From: Candidatus Campbellbacteria bacterium
Lineage (GTDB): Bacteria; Patescibacteriota; Minisyncoccia; Phycocordibacterales; CSBR16-193
Direction: 5' to 3'
DNA: 42,508 bases
Assembly: GCA_007129455.1 (NCBI GenBank)
Contig: SKVL01000003.1
Location: 1 to 42,508 of the forward strand
The notes beneath the pieces were generated by a model. That model was not told the origin of the DNA. It ran no database searches and worked only from the letters and a program-made list of their open reading frames with translations. Below are positions 1 through 9,346 of this stretch, piece after piece. The position numbers and the translations under genes were made by a program. How positions within the stretch are numbered: position 1 is the stretch's first letter; each line of letters starts with the position of its first letter.

Positions 1-32
1 AAATTTTAATTGAAAATCTAAACTAAAACCAT

Positions 33-719
33 ATGGTAGATGCACAAAACAAGCCCTTATTTCATGTTGCCATAGCGGTCGGGACACTTCTGGCGGTTCT
101 TATCCCGTGGTTTTTTATGGCTGACGGGACTGCGCTTACGGGGGAGAACCTACGACTGATGTCTAGGTTTGTAGCTATTGTGTCTTTCGTCCTCCTTTTT
201 TTGGTGATGATAATCGGTCCGATAATGAAACTTTTTCCAATCCTCTTTCCCAAATGGGGAGACTTTCCTTGGAACTGGAGGGCGGAGCTCGGTATTTGGT
301 TTGCCGTTTGGGCCGTGATACACACTCTTTTCATCTTTGCTTTAAGGGACTGGGATGTGATCGGTTATATTTTAGGGATAAGCCCGTGGGCCTTCGGTGC
401 CTTGGTTGCGACTGTAATGGCGGTGATTCTGGCAGCGATATCTTTCAGAGGAGCAATAACTTTTCTGGGTCCCGATTCTTGGAAGTGGTTGCAAAACTAT
501 TTCACATATGTAATCTGGTGGCTTACGATAGTTCATATTGTTGATCGCGCGCTTATTCGACCGGGCTTCCCCTCCGGAGACCCCATCCATTGGGTTCTCT
601 TGGCCATGGTTGTTATAGTGCCCGTCCTTCAGCTTGCCGGTTTCATAAAAACAGTTCGTGAATACAGAAAGGGTCTTAAAGAAAAGACCGACAATAATAA
701 CAAAGAGGTCACAAACTAA
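33..719 (+). CDS. polytopic membrane protein, ferric-reductase-like / MsrQ(YedZ)-like heme-binding domain (tentative)
   Basis: 228-aa ORF with about 6 hydrophobic helices. His residues sit inside helices (AVIHTLFIF, TIVHIVD), as in ferric-reductase-type b-heme membrane domains. A strong terminator follows. Confidence 0.5.
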   Translation: MVDAQNKPLFHVAIAVGTLLAVLIPWFFMADGTALTGENLRLMSRFVAIVSFVLLFLVMIIGPIMKLFPILFPKWGDFPWNWRAELGIWFAVWAVIHTLFIFALRDWDVIGYILGISPWAFGALVATVMAVILAAISFRGAITFLGPDSWKWLQNYFTYVIWWLTIVHIVDRALIRPGFPSGDPIHWVLLAMVVIVPVLQLAGFIKTVREYRKGLKEKTDNNNKEVTN

Positions 720-720
720 T

Positions 721-760
721 AAAAAAACACCCGCTTTTGGACAAAGCGGGTGTTTGATTT
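721..760. terminator. bidirectional rho-independent terminator between convergent genes
   Basis: A 10-bp stem (728-737 cacccgcttt / 743-752 aaagcgggtg) with a 5-nt loop. An A7 run lies upstream and tttgattt downstream. It sits between the stop at 719 (+) and the stop at 768 (-). Confidence 0.8.
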
Positions 761-767
761 AAAATCT

Positions 768-1577
768 CTATTTACTTTCCTCCAGTATTTTTGCAACATC
801 CACAGGGTGAATTTCGCCCAAAAGTTCTTCGTTTGAAGGCTTGTCTTCTTTATAGAAAACTCCCAATGGGATGTTGTTTTCGTTGGCGTAGTCCCACTCT
901 CGAGATTTCTCGCGCGCCTTATCCAAGGGCAGGTACTCTTCTTCCATCTCGTAACACCTCTCATTATAGACGGGAAAGGTGTTGTACCAGACGACACAGG
1001 GCTGTAATACTTCTATAAATGAAAAGCCTTTGTGTTGCATTCCTTCCAAAATAAGTCTCTTTAAGTGCTCCGGTTTACCCGAGTACCCTCTGGCGACAAA
1101 AGTGGCTCCCAGAGAGAGTGCGACGTCAAGAGGGTTCATGGGGTCTTCGGTTGTTCCTTTGGGACTGGTGGTACCGACATAACCCTTGGGACTGGTCGAG
1201 GTGGCTTGGTTCACGGTCAAGGCGAAGACTCTGTTGTCATGAACGATAACCGTTATATCGGAGTTTCTTTTCGCGGCGTGGATAAAGTGAGACACTCCTT
1301 CATCATAAGTGTCGCCATCTCCGACCATGCACACAACGTTTAGGTCTCTGTTGCCTATCTTGATTCCCGTCGCCACGGGAATCGTCCTTCCGTGTAAGGC
1401 GTAGACACTGTTTAAATTCATATAGTCGGATATCTTTCCATGGCACCCTATTCCCGATACGAGAACCGTTTTGCTTGTGTCCATTTCGGATACGGCTTCC
1501 TTAAAGGCATTTTGTATTCCGAAGTTACCACATCCGGGGCACCATGTATTTTTTGTGGGTAAAATTAAATTATCCAT
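768..1577 (-). CDS. 2-oxoacid:ferredoxin oxidoreductase, beta (TPP-binding) subunit
   Basis: N-terminal WCPGCGNFGI and the MVGDGDTYDEG thiamine-diphosphate motif. It lies 10 nt downstream of the alpha subunit gene. Confidence 0.9.
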   Translation of the reverse strand: MDNLILPTKNTWCPGCGNFGIQNAFKEAVSEMDTSKTVLVSGIGCHGKISDYMNLNSVYALHGRTIPVATGIKIGNRDLNVVCMVGDGDTYDEGVSHFIHAAKRNSDITVIVHDNRVFALTVNQATSTSPKGYVGTTSPKGTTEDPMNPLDVALSLGATFVARGYSGKPEHLKRLILEGMQHKGFSFIEVLQPCVVWYNTFPVYNERCYEMEEEYLPLDKAREKSREWDYANENNIPLGVFYKEDKPSNEELLGEIHPVDVAKILEESK

Positions 1578-1587
1578 ATTTAAAATA

Positions 1588-3240
1588 TTAGTTGCTTATT
1601 TTTTCTTGTAATTCTCTGTGTAGACCCTCGACTGTGAAAGGCCTGGCATCGTATTTGAGTATCTTCTCATCTACATTAATCCCGTGCATTTTCATAACCT
1701 GAGTGAGTTGCCCGGTGGAGTTTAACTCCACGCAAATGACCCTCTCAGAACCTTCCAAAGCCTCTCTCATCCTTTTTTCCGGGAAAGGTTGCAAGACCAT
1801 CGGTTGAATCAGTCTGACGTTCATGTCTTTAGCTGCTTCGATAATCGCTCCTTTGGTTGAACCCCAGAAGACGACCGCGGTGGGGCCTTCTTTGTAAACT
1901 TTTACGGTCTCCAAAACCTCAAGTTCTTCTCTGAGTCTCTCTCCCTTGCGAATCCTTTTTTCCACCATCTCTTTAACTTCCATGGGAATCTCCGTTGATA
2001 TGCCGTCTTTTGTGTGTTCGTAGCCGGTAGCTTTGACGGTAGATTTCCCGCCCGGGAAAACAACGGGAGATATATCATCTCCGTCGTAACGTTTATAGTT
2101 TTTGTCGTCATGTCCTTCAACAATATCTTCTTTCTCTATTTGGTATTGACCTTCAAGTCCGTAAGTGTTTTCAGAGAGCTCTTTGTCAATAATCAATATG
2201 GAGGGCATCTGGTACCTCCACGCCATGTTCAGCGCCTTTCCTCCCCAGTAGTAAGCCTCATCGGCGTCTCCTGGTGCTACAACCAGTCTTTCAAAGTCAC
2301 CGTGTCCCGAGTTCAGTGCAAAAAGGAGATCTCCTTGTGCCTGATAAGTCGGTACTCCCGTTCCGGGCCCCATTCTCTGACTTAGTACGATAAGGAGGGG
2401 AGTCTCCGATTGAGCGGAAAAGCTGATACTTTCGGTCATCAAAGCAAAACCCCCTCCGGAGGTTGAAACAATGGTTCTTTTGCCGGAGTAGGCGGAGCCG
2501 AGCGCCATGCTTACCACCGATATTTCATTTTCCGGCTGACAGGTTCTTATTCCCTCAGTCGATGTTAAAAAACTGAAAACACCCGTGGCGGGTGTCATTG
2601 GGTAAGATATACACACTTCCAAGCCCGCTTTTATTGCTCCCAATGCTACCGCCTTGTTGCCTGAGACTAAAGGGGCAGGTTCATTTCCCGATTCAGCCAT
2701 CTCATTTATTTTTTCAGTCTTGTTGAAAGCAACTTCCGCAACTCGTATATTTTTCTCGGTTTCTTTATTGAACTCTTTTTCAAAAACAGCTTTTATATTT
2801 TCCCACTCCATTCCCATTATCTTTGCGAAGGTAGAGATGAGGGCTGTATTTTTCATCAATGAAGTTCCCTCCGACTCACTAAGAATTTCATCTATCGGTA
2901 CGGCGACTGTTTTGATGCCGTCTTTTTGAAGGAGTTCGGTAATAGTTATCGATGAATCATATAAAAGGACGCTTTCTTCTCTCAGTTTGTCTTTATGTTT
3001 AACGATAGTGTCCTCATTTAAAGCCAAAAGAAAATCAATGTTCTCTTTTTTCGCTTCGACTTTATCTTTCGGAGAAACCGAAATCTGCGAAAAGTTGTGC
3101 CCCCCTCTTACCAAAGAGTGATAGTCCTCGTGAATGAAGATTCTAAAACCGTAAGAGTTGAAAAGCTTGGCAATTACAAGGCCGGCTTTTTTGGAGCCTT
3201 CTCCGGCCGCACCTCCCACTATTATTTGAAAGTTATCCAT
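1588..3240 (-). CDS. 2-oxoacid:ferredoxin oxidoreductase, fused gamma-alpha subunit
   Basis: N-terminal IIVGGAAGEGSKKAG (gamma-type domain) followed by the POR/KOR alpha core (YPMTPATG). Adjacent to the beta subunit gene. Confidence 0.9.
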   Translation of the reverse strand: MDNFQIIVGGAAGEGSKKAGLVIAKLFNSYGFRIFIHEDYHSLVRGGHNFSQISVSPKDKVEAKKENIDFLLALNEDTIVKHKDKLREESVLLYDSSITITELLQKDGIKTVAVPIDEILSESEGTSLMKNTALISTFAKIMGMEWENIKAVFEKEFNKETEKNIRVAEVAFNKTEKINEMAESGNEPAPLVSGNKAVALGAIKAGLEVCISYPMTPATGVFSFLTSTEGIRTCQPENEISVVSMALGSAYSGKRTIVSTSGGGFALMTESISFSAQSETPLLIVLSQRMGPGTGVPTYQAQGDLLFALNSGHGDFERLVVAPGDADEAYYWGGKALNMAWRYQMPSILIIDKELSENTYGLEGQYQIEKEDIVEGHDDKNYKRYDGDDISPVVFPGGKSTVKATGYEHTKDGISTEIPMEVKEMVEKRIRKGERLREELEVLETVKVYKEGPTAVVFWGSTKGAIIEAAKDMNVRLIQPMVLQPFPEKRMREALEGSERVICVELNSTGQLTQVMKMHGINVDEKILKYDARPFTVEGLHRELQEKISN

Positions 3241-3319
3241 AAAATGAACAGGTTAATATTAAGTTTATAATAAATGCGCTTTTTAAAAAAGCGTTTTTGT
3301 TTTCTTAAACCGAATTGGT

Positions 3320-3544
3320 TTAAGAGTTATCTTCCTCAATGTGTATACACCTGACCGGGCAGCTCTCTGAAGCGTTTTGATTACATCCCACTTCTTCCGG
3401 AACTCTTGTAAAGCTTCCATCCTCTTCAACTCCTTCTTTCAGATTAACTTTGCCGTCGTCACTCATTTCCCAAAAAGCCGGACAAACGGAGACGCAGGCT
3501 TGACAACCTATGCACTTTTCTTTTTCAAAAACTATTTTTTTCAT
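3320..3544 (-). CDS. small 4Fe-4S ferredoxin
   Basis: 74 aa with CIGCQACVSVCP and a distal CPVRC, the single-cluster ferredoxin pattern. Overlaps the preceding gene by 20 nt. Confidence 0.85.
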   Translation of the reverse strand: MKKIVFEKEKCIGCQACVSVCPAFWEMSDDGKVNLKEGVEEDGSFTRVPEEVGCNQNASESCPVRCIHIEEDNS

Positions 3545-4871
3545 TTTTCTTTCCTATTAAATTTAAACTTTTTAATGCTTGAGAAGCACCCAGTGGGTCT
3601 TGATAGTTCGGTATTCTGTTTCTTTCCAAAAGAGCAATGGCGTTTTTTGTTTTTTCACCTTTACCCATGAAACAAGCGACTACCGTTTTCCCATGCTTTT
3701 CTTGAGCTTCTATTAACATTTTAGCATTCTTTTCCGGTTCGGTCATGATTTGTAGGGTCTGGATAACCACCAAAGCATTGATGTTGTTTTGTCTTAAAAC
3801 TCCTTCCACCGCCACTTCGTATCTTTCCGCGGATGCGTCACCGACAATATCAAGGGGGTTGCTCGCCGAATATCCGGGATGCATCAACTCCTCCATAAAA
3901 GAAAGGGTTTCTTTTTCCATCTCCGGCAAAGACTCTCCTTCCAGATAATCGGCCATCAAAACCCCCACACCACCTCCGTTTGTAACTATCCCTATTCCTC
4001 CTTTGAAAGGTTTCTGCCAAGAGAGGGCTTTGGAAACATTAAAAAGTTCTCCAATTGATGAGGCTTCGATCGCCCCGGCTTGTTTAAGCATTGCCGAGAA
4101 GACCTCGGCTTCTCCTGCCAGTGAGCCGGTATGGGAAGAGACCGCTTTTTGTGAAATCTCACTCTTGCCCCCCTTAATGACGACGATTGGTTTTTCGATG
4201 TTCTTTATGGTTTCATAAAACTCTCTTCCGTCCCCGAGGCCTTCTATGTATAAAGCTATAACTTTTGTTTCCTCATCTTCATTCGCCCAGTTGATATAGT
4301 CGACCAAAGAAAGACCGGCAGCGTTACCCGGAGAGACCAAGAAAGAAAATCCGTAATTTTCGTCCAATGAGTTGTCTATGACGGAGTCGATCAAGGCGCC
4401 CGACTGTGAGATGAAAGCCACTCCGCCCGCCTTGGGTGTGCCGGGGGCAAAAGAAGCATTAAGACCGGTTGAGGGTCTCACTATCCCCAAACAGTTGGGT
4501 CCGATTAAGGGAATATTTTTTTGGTTTAAGATATCTTTTATCTCTTCTTCTTCCCGCTTGCCATCCGGACCGGTCTCTCCAAAACCCGCCGATATTAAAA
4601 TGACTCCTCCAACTTCTTTTTCGGCACAACTTTTCACAACCTCCAGCACTCCGTTTTTGGGAATGGCTATTACAACCAAGTCAATCTTTTCGGGAATGGA
4701 AGAGATGCTCGGATAAGCCTTCATCCCGAGGATGTTCTCATGATTCGGGTTAACGGGAATGATATTTCTTTCATCGGTAAGCAGGTTTTCCATCAAACCT
4801 CTTCCGACCGATTTTTCTCTTTCGGTGGCACCTACTACGGCAACTGTTTTTGGATTAAAAAAAACTTTCAT
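3525..4871 (-). CDS. acdA: acetyl-CoA synthetase (ADP-forming), alpha subunit (CoA-binding / ligase-CoA domains)
   Basis: CoA-binding N-terminus KTVAVVGAT, succinyl-CoA-synthetase-like domains, and the phosphohistidine loop SSHTGSLAG. Confidence 0.85.
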   Translation of the reverse strand: MKVFFNPKTVAVVGATEREKSVGRGLMENLLTDERNIIPVNPNHENILGMKAYPSISSIPEKIDLVVIAIPKNGVLEVVKSCAEKEVGGVILISAGFGETGPDGKREEEEIKDILNQKNIPLIGPNCLGIVRPSTGLNASFAPGTPKAGGVAFISQSGALIDSVIDNSLDENYGFSFLVSPGNAAGLSLVDYINWANEDEETKVIALYIEGLGDGREFYETIKNIEKPIVVIKGGKSEISQKAVSSHTGSLAGEAEVFSAMLKQAGAIEASSIGELFNVSKALSWQKPFKGGIGIVTNGGGVGVLMADYLEGESLPEMEKETLSFMEELMHPGYSASNPLDIVGDASAERYEVAVEGVLRQNNINALVVIQTLQIMTEPEKNAKMLIEAQEKHGKTVVACFMGKGEKTKNAIALLERNRIPNYQDPLGASQALKSLNLIGKKNEKNSF

Positions 4872-5482
4872 ATTATTAACTTTGCGTCACAAACCAAAGA
4901 TGTGTCTCCCGCTAAAACCGGATTGAAGTCCAGTTCTTTTATTCGGGTTTCTTCTTTGAGAAGGTAAGAGGTTTTTACAAGCACCTCGGCCAGAGCTTCT
5001 TTGTCTACAACAGGTCTCCCTCGGAAGCCTTCCAAGATTTTTCTACCTCTGATCTCCTCTATCATTTCCAAGGCCTCTTCTTTGTTCAAAGGTGCCAACC
5101 GGAAGACGATATCTTTGTAGACTTCAACGAAGATTCCACCTAAGCCAATCATCACGACCGGACCGAAAACAGGGTCTTTCTTTCCTCCGATAATGATTTC
5201 TTCGCCCTCGGTGTGTCTTTGGACGATAACTTCACCCTCACAGATATTTAAAAGCTCTTTCAGATTTGAAACCGCTTCTTCTTTGTTTGAAACTCCAAGT
5301 CGAACTCCACCTTTGTCTGTTTTGTGAATAATCTTTTGAGAGTCTATTTTCATTACAACGGGGAAGGGTAGTTTTTCCAAAGCGGAGGAGAGTTCTTCCT
5401 CGTTTTTAACGACATAACTTTCAACCATCGGTATCCCGCGTCTATCTATAATCTCTTGACTCTCTTTGAAACTTAAAAGCAT
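4868..5482 (-). CDS. acdB: acetyl-CoA synthetase (ADP-forming), beta subunit (ATP-grasp)
   Basis: 204-aa ATP-grasp-type sequence (PVVMKIDS..HKTDKGGV). A 4-nt ATGA stop/start overlap with the alpha subunit gene. Confidence 0.8.
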   Translation of the reverse strand: MLLSFKESQEIIDRRGIPMVESYVVKNEEELSSALEKLPFPVVMKIDSQKIIHKTDKGGVRLGVSNKEEAVSNLKELLNICEGEVIVQRHTEGEEIIIGGKKDPVFGPVVMIGLGGIFVEVYKDIVFRLAPLNKEEALEMIEEIRGRKILEGFRGRPVVDKEALAEVLVKTSYLLKEETRIKELDFNPVLAGDTSLVCDAKLII

Positions 5483-5503
5483 AAAAAAAGAAGTTACTTT
5501 ATT

Positions 5504-5536
5504 GGTTCTTAAGGTATGATACTTATTTTAAGAACC
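5504..5536 (-). promoter_or_regulatory. 9-bp-stem hairpin in the eno-acdB spacer (function unknown)
   Basis: ggttcttaa (5504-5512) pairs with ttaagaacc (5528-5536) around a 15-nt loop. No immediate U-run follows on the minus strand. Confidence 0.3.
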
Positions 5537-5607
5537 GTTCGCAAACTGTGGATGACCGACAGCCTCCAAGTTGAAAACTTTTCGGTGGATTCTATAAGCC
5601 CTTGGCA

Positions 5608-6852
5608 TTATTGGCTTACCTCAATCTCTTCTTCTATCCTCAGCAGTTCATTGTACTTTGCCGTTCTTTCTCCGCGAGCCGGAGCTCCGAATTTGACCAA
5701 CGGTACTCGGGAGGCAACGGCCAGATGCGCAATACCGATGTCTTCGGTTTCACCGGATCTGTGAGAAAATATCGGAATTATTTTGTTTTTGTGTGCGACT
5801 TCAACAGCTCTCAAGGTTTCGGTTACGGTACCGATCTGATTCGGTTTTATTATCGCCCCTCCGACAGAACGGTCCTTTGCCGCTTGTTCGATTCTCTTTG
5901 AATCGGTGACCAAGTAATCATCCCCGACGATTATAATCCTTTCACCTATGAGCTCGTTAAGCTTGATAAAACCCTCTGAGTCGTCTTCATCGAGAGGGTC
6001 TTCTATCGAAAGAAACGGGAACTTTTCGCTGAGACTCACTATTTCGGAGATAAAGTTTTCTTTACTCAGATACTTACCATCATGGAGATATCCGCTTTCT
6101 TTTTTAAGCTCACCGGCCGCGATATCCAGAGCTAAATGGTAATCAGCCCCGGCTTCATAGCCGGCCATCAGGGCCGCTTCTAGGATTAGCTCCAGGGCAA
6201 TTTCGTTTTTTTCCAGCTTGGGAGCAAAGCCTCCCTCATCGCCAACCGAGGTTTTTAAACCTTTTTCAATCAGAAGTCTCTTAAGCGAACGATATATCTC
6301 AACCCCGCACTGGACATCTTCATTGAAATTTGCTCCTTGAGGTACTATCATGAACTCCTGAAAAGAAAGCCCGCTGTCCGCATGGACTCCGCCGTTTAAT
6401 ATGTTGAACATCGGTCTCGGCATCTCTTCATGTTCGGGAAAGTCCTGTCCGAGGTAGAAATGAAGAGGAAGTTCGGCACTGTGTGCCAAAGCTTTAACGA
6501 AAGCCAGAGAGACAGCCAAGGTGGCGTTAGCCCCCAGTCGACTCTTGTCATCGGTACCGTCCAGATTGATGAGAACTTGATCGAGCTCTTCCATGCTTAA
6601 ACTCTTCTCGGCCAAGTGATAGAAAATCTCTTCTTCTATGGATTTGACAGCTTGAATAACACCCAACCCCTCGTAGTGTTCGGGGTTGCCGTCTCTTTTC
6701 TCTTTGGCTTCCTTCGCTCCCGTCGAAGCACCGGAAGGGACCGACGCTCTACCGAAACTGCCGTCTTCTAAAAGAACGTCCGCCTCTACCGTCGGTGTGG
6801 ACCGAGAATCTATTATCTGACGAGCGATGATGTTTTTTATTTTCGGTATCAT
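5608..6852 (-). CDS. eno: enolase (phosphopyruvate hydratase)
   Basis: DSRSTPTVEADV near the N-terminus, SHRSGETED, and IKPNQIGT. Confidence 0.97.
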   Translation of the reverse strand: MIPKIKNIIARQIIDSRSTPTVEADVLLEDGSFGRASVPSGASTGAKEAKEKRDGNPEHYEGLGVIQAVKSIEEEIFYHLAEKSLSMEELDQVLINLDGTDDKSRLGANATLAVSLAFVKALAHSAELPLHFYLGQDFPEHEEMPRPMFNILNGGVHADSGLSFQEFMIVPQGANFNEDVQCGVEIYRSLKRLLIEKGLKTSVGDEGGFAPKLEKNEIALELILEAALMAGYEAGADYHLALDIAAGELKKESGYLHDGKYLSKENFISEIVSLSEKFPFLSIEDPLDEDDSEGFIKLNELIGERIIIVGDDYLVTDSKRIEQAAKDRSVGGAIIKPNQIGTVTETLRAVEVAHKNKIIPIFSHRSGETEDIGIAHLAVASRVPLVKFGAPARGERTAKYNELLRIEEEIEVSQ

Positions 6853-6902
6853 TTTTTATTTGTTTTTCACGACCGCTTGCAGGTCGGCATAATCTTTACC
6901 TT

Positions 6903-9332
6903 TTATTCTTGAGGATCTTCTTCTCTTGCTTGTTTTTGTTCTTCATCGTGAATCTCGAACTTCATCGGAATGATGGTGTCTGGAATCAGAGAGACCGAGT
7001 CTATTTTTTCTTGAATGAGGAAGCGCAGGAAATCTTTGTAGTCCGAAGGAGCTTGCCCGCAAAAACCGATGTACTTTCCTCTCTCCTGACACTTCTTGAT
7101 AGCTTGTGAGATGAATTTTTTAACGGAAGGGTCATTTTCATTTGAAATACCCGCCACGATGGAAGAGTCTCTGTCCAAACCGAGTGTCAACTGCGCCAAG
7201 TCGTTAGATCCAATTGAGAAGCCATCGAAGATGTCGAGAAAGTCATCGGCCCGCAGAACATTGGTCGGCAACTCGCACATAACGTAAACCTTGAGACCGT
7301 CATAGCCTTTTGCGAGGCCACACTCCGCCATTATTTCAAGTACACGTTGTCCTTCCTCTGGAGTTCGACAGAAGGGGACCATGACAGCCAGGTTCTTGAG
7401 ACCGAACTCTTCCCTTATCTTTTTCATGGCCTCGCATTCCAGCTTGAATGCTTCAGCAAAGTCTGGATGAGCGTACCGCGAAGCGCCACGCCAGCCGATC
7501 ATCGGGTTTTCTTCTTCCGGCTCGTACTCTTTACCACCTATCAAGGTTGCGTATTCATTGGTTTTAAAGTCCGAGAATCTCACAATAACTTGCTTTGGAT
7601 AAAAGGCGGCGGCTATCTGACCGACACCTTCCGCCAGTTTGTCAACGAAGAACTGTCTTTTATCTTCATATCCCAATGTGACCTCATCGATCATCTTTTT
7701 CAACGCCGCCGATTGCGAGTCGTAGTTCAAAAGCGCCAAAGGATGGACTCTGATGTGAGAGGCGATAACGAACTCTTCTCTGGCCAGACCGACTCCTTCG
7801 TTCGGAATAGAGGAGTAGACGAATGCACTTTCGGGACTTCCGATGTTCATTGATACGTGGGTTTTTGTTTCCGGAATCTGATCTATTCGGTGTACCACTT
7901 CTTCCCATTCGAGTTTGCCGTCATATATTTTTCCGACGGTTCCGCTGGATGTGTCGCAGGTTATTACCTGACCGGTCTTTACGACCTTGCGTGCGTTGGG
8001 TACGCCGATAACGGCGGGGATACCCAACTCTCGAGAAACAATCGCAGCATGCGATGTTCGTCCTCCTTTTTCAGTCACTATTGCCGAGGCAATCTTCATA
8101 ATTGGTTCCCAATCCGGGTCCGTTATCTCCGTTACAAGCACTTCACCTTCTTTGAAGGAGTGGATGTCTTTGACCGAATCGATCACCCTGGCTTTGCCGG
8201 CTGCTATCTTCGTTCCGACCGCTATACCTTCGGCAATCGAATTTTCCTCGGTGTTCAAGTGGAACTCTCTTATCTCCAATCCTTTGTCTTCGGCATGAAT
8301 CGTCTCCGGTCTGGCTTGCACGATGAAAAGCTCCCCACTTTGGCCGTCTTTAGCCCACTCGATGTCCATTGGTGACGACCTCCCAGCTCTTTCGGAGTAG
8401 TGTTTTTCTATCTCCGCGCCCCACTTTGCCAAGGACAGTATTTCGTCATCGGATAGGGCATAAGATGTCCTTTCCGCTTTTGAGGTCTTAATCTCCTTTA
8501 CGGGGGATTGCCCTTTGGGGTTGTAGACCATCTTTACTTCTTTGGAACCCAAACTCTTTTTTATCACGGGACGAAAGTCTCCGTTTAAGGTCGGTTTGAA
8601 AACGAGGTATTCATCCGGGTTTACCTTTCCTTGCACAACCATCTCACCCAAACCGTAAGATGCACTTATCTGAACCACATCTCTGAAACCCGATTCGGTG
8701 TCCAGAGTGAACATCACTCCCGAACAACCCTTATCGGAGCGCACCATCTTTTGAACACCGACGGACAGAGCAACATCGAAGTGATCGAAGCCCTTGTCTT
8801 GTCGATAGGAGATGGCCCTGTCGTTGAAAAGAGATGACATGGCATGCTTGACGTACTTGAGGACGTTATCAATGCCGACTACGTTTAGAAAAGTGTCATG
8901 TTCTCCGGCAAAACTTGCTCCCGGCAGGTCTTCCGCTGTGGCGGATGATCTTACGGCGACATCAGTCGCCTCTTGTTGATATGCCGATGAAAGATTTTTA
9001 TACGCAATACCAATCTCTTCCTCCAACTCCGGAGAGAGCCTGGCTTTGATTATTGCTTCTCGAATCTTTTTGCCAGCCTTTTGAAGATCTTTGATGTTAC
9101 TGGTGTCCAAATCTTCGAGTGTTGAGCGAATCAATTCCTCCAGGCCGGCCTCGTTTATGAAGCGACGGTATCCCTCCGCGGTTATTATGAAACCGTTCGG
9201 TACTCTTATTCCTTTTTCGGACAAGGTGGTGTACATCTCACCCAAAGAGGCGTTTTTTCCTCCGACCATTTCAACATCATTGTTGTTTACTTGGTCGAAC
9301 CAAAGAAGTAATTGTTTGTTGTGTTCAGACAT
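6903..9332 (-). CDS. ppsA: phosphoenolpyruvate synthase (pyruvate, water dikinase)
   Basis: VGGKNASLGEM ATP-grasp N-terminus, phosphohistidine swivel GGRTSHAAIVSRELGIPAV, and a C-terminal PEP-utilising barrel with GSNDLAQLTLG. Confidence 0.93.
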   Translation of the reverse strand: MSEHNKQLLLWFDQVNNNDVEMVGGKNASLGEMYTTLSEKGIRVPNGFIITAEGYRRFINEAGLEELIRSTLEDLDTSNIKDLQKAGKKIREAIIKARLSPELEEEIGIAYKNLSSAYQQEATDVAVRSSATAEDLPGASFAGEHDTFLNVVGIDNVLKYVKHAMSSLFNDRAISYRQDKGFDHFDVALSVGVQKMVRSDKGCSGVMFTLDTESGFRDVVQISASYGLGEMVVQGKVNPDEYLVFKPTLNGDFRPVIKKSLGSKEVKMVYNPKGQSPVKEIKTSKAERTSYALSDDEILSLAKWGAEIEKHYSERAGRSSPMDIEWAKDGQSGELFIVQARPETIHAEDKGLEIREFHLNTEENSIAEGIAVGTKIAAGKARVIDSVKDIHSFKEGEVLVTEITDPDWEPIMKIASAIVTEKGGRTSHAAIVSRELGIPAVIGVPNARKVVKTGQVITCDTSSGTVGKIYDGKLEWEEVVHRIDQIPETKTHVSMNIGSPESAFVYSSIPNEGVGLAREEFVIASHIRVHPLALLNYDSQSAALKKMIDEVTLGYEDKRQFFVDKLAEGVGQIAAAFYPKQVIVRFSDFKTNEYATLIGGKEYEPEEENPMIGWRGASRYAHPDFAEAFKLECEAMKKIREEFGLKNLAVMVPFCRTPEEGQRVLEIMAECGLAKGYDGLKVYVMCELPTNVLRADDFLDIFDGFSIGSNDLAQLTLGLDRDSSIVAGISNENDPSVKKFISQAIKKCQERGKYIGFCGQAPSDYKDFLRFLIQEKIDSVSLIPDTIIPMKFEIHDEEQKQAREEDPQE

Positions 9333-9346
9333 AGTGCTTTTTGTTT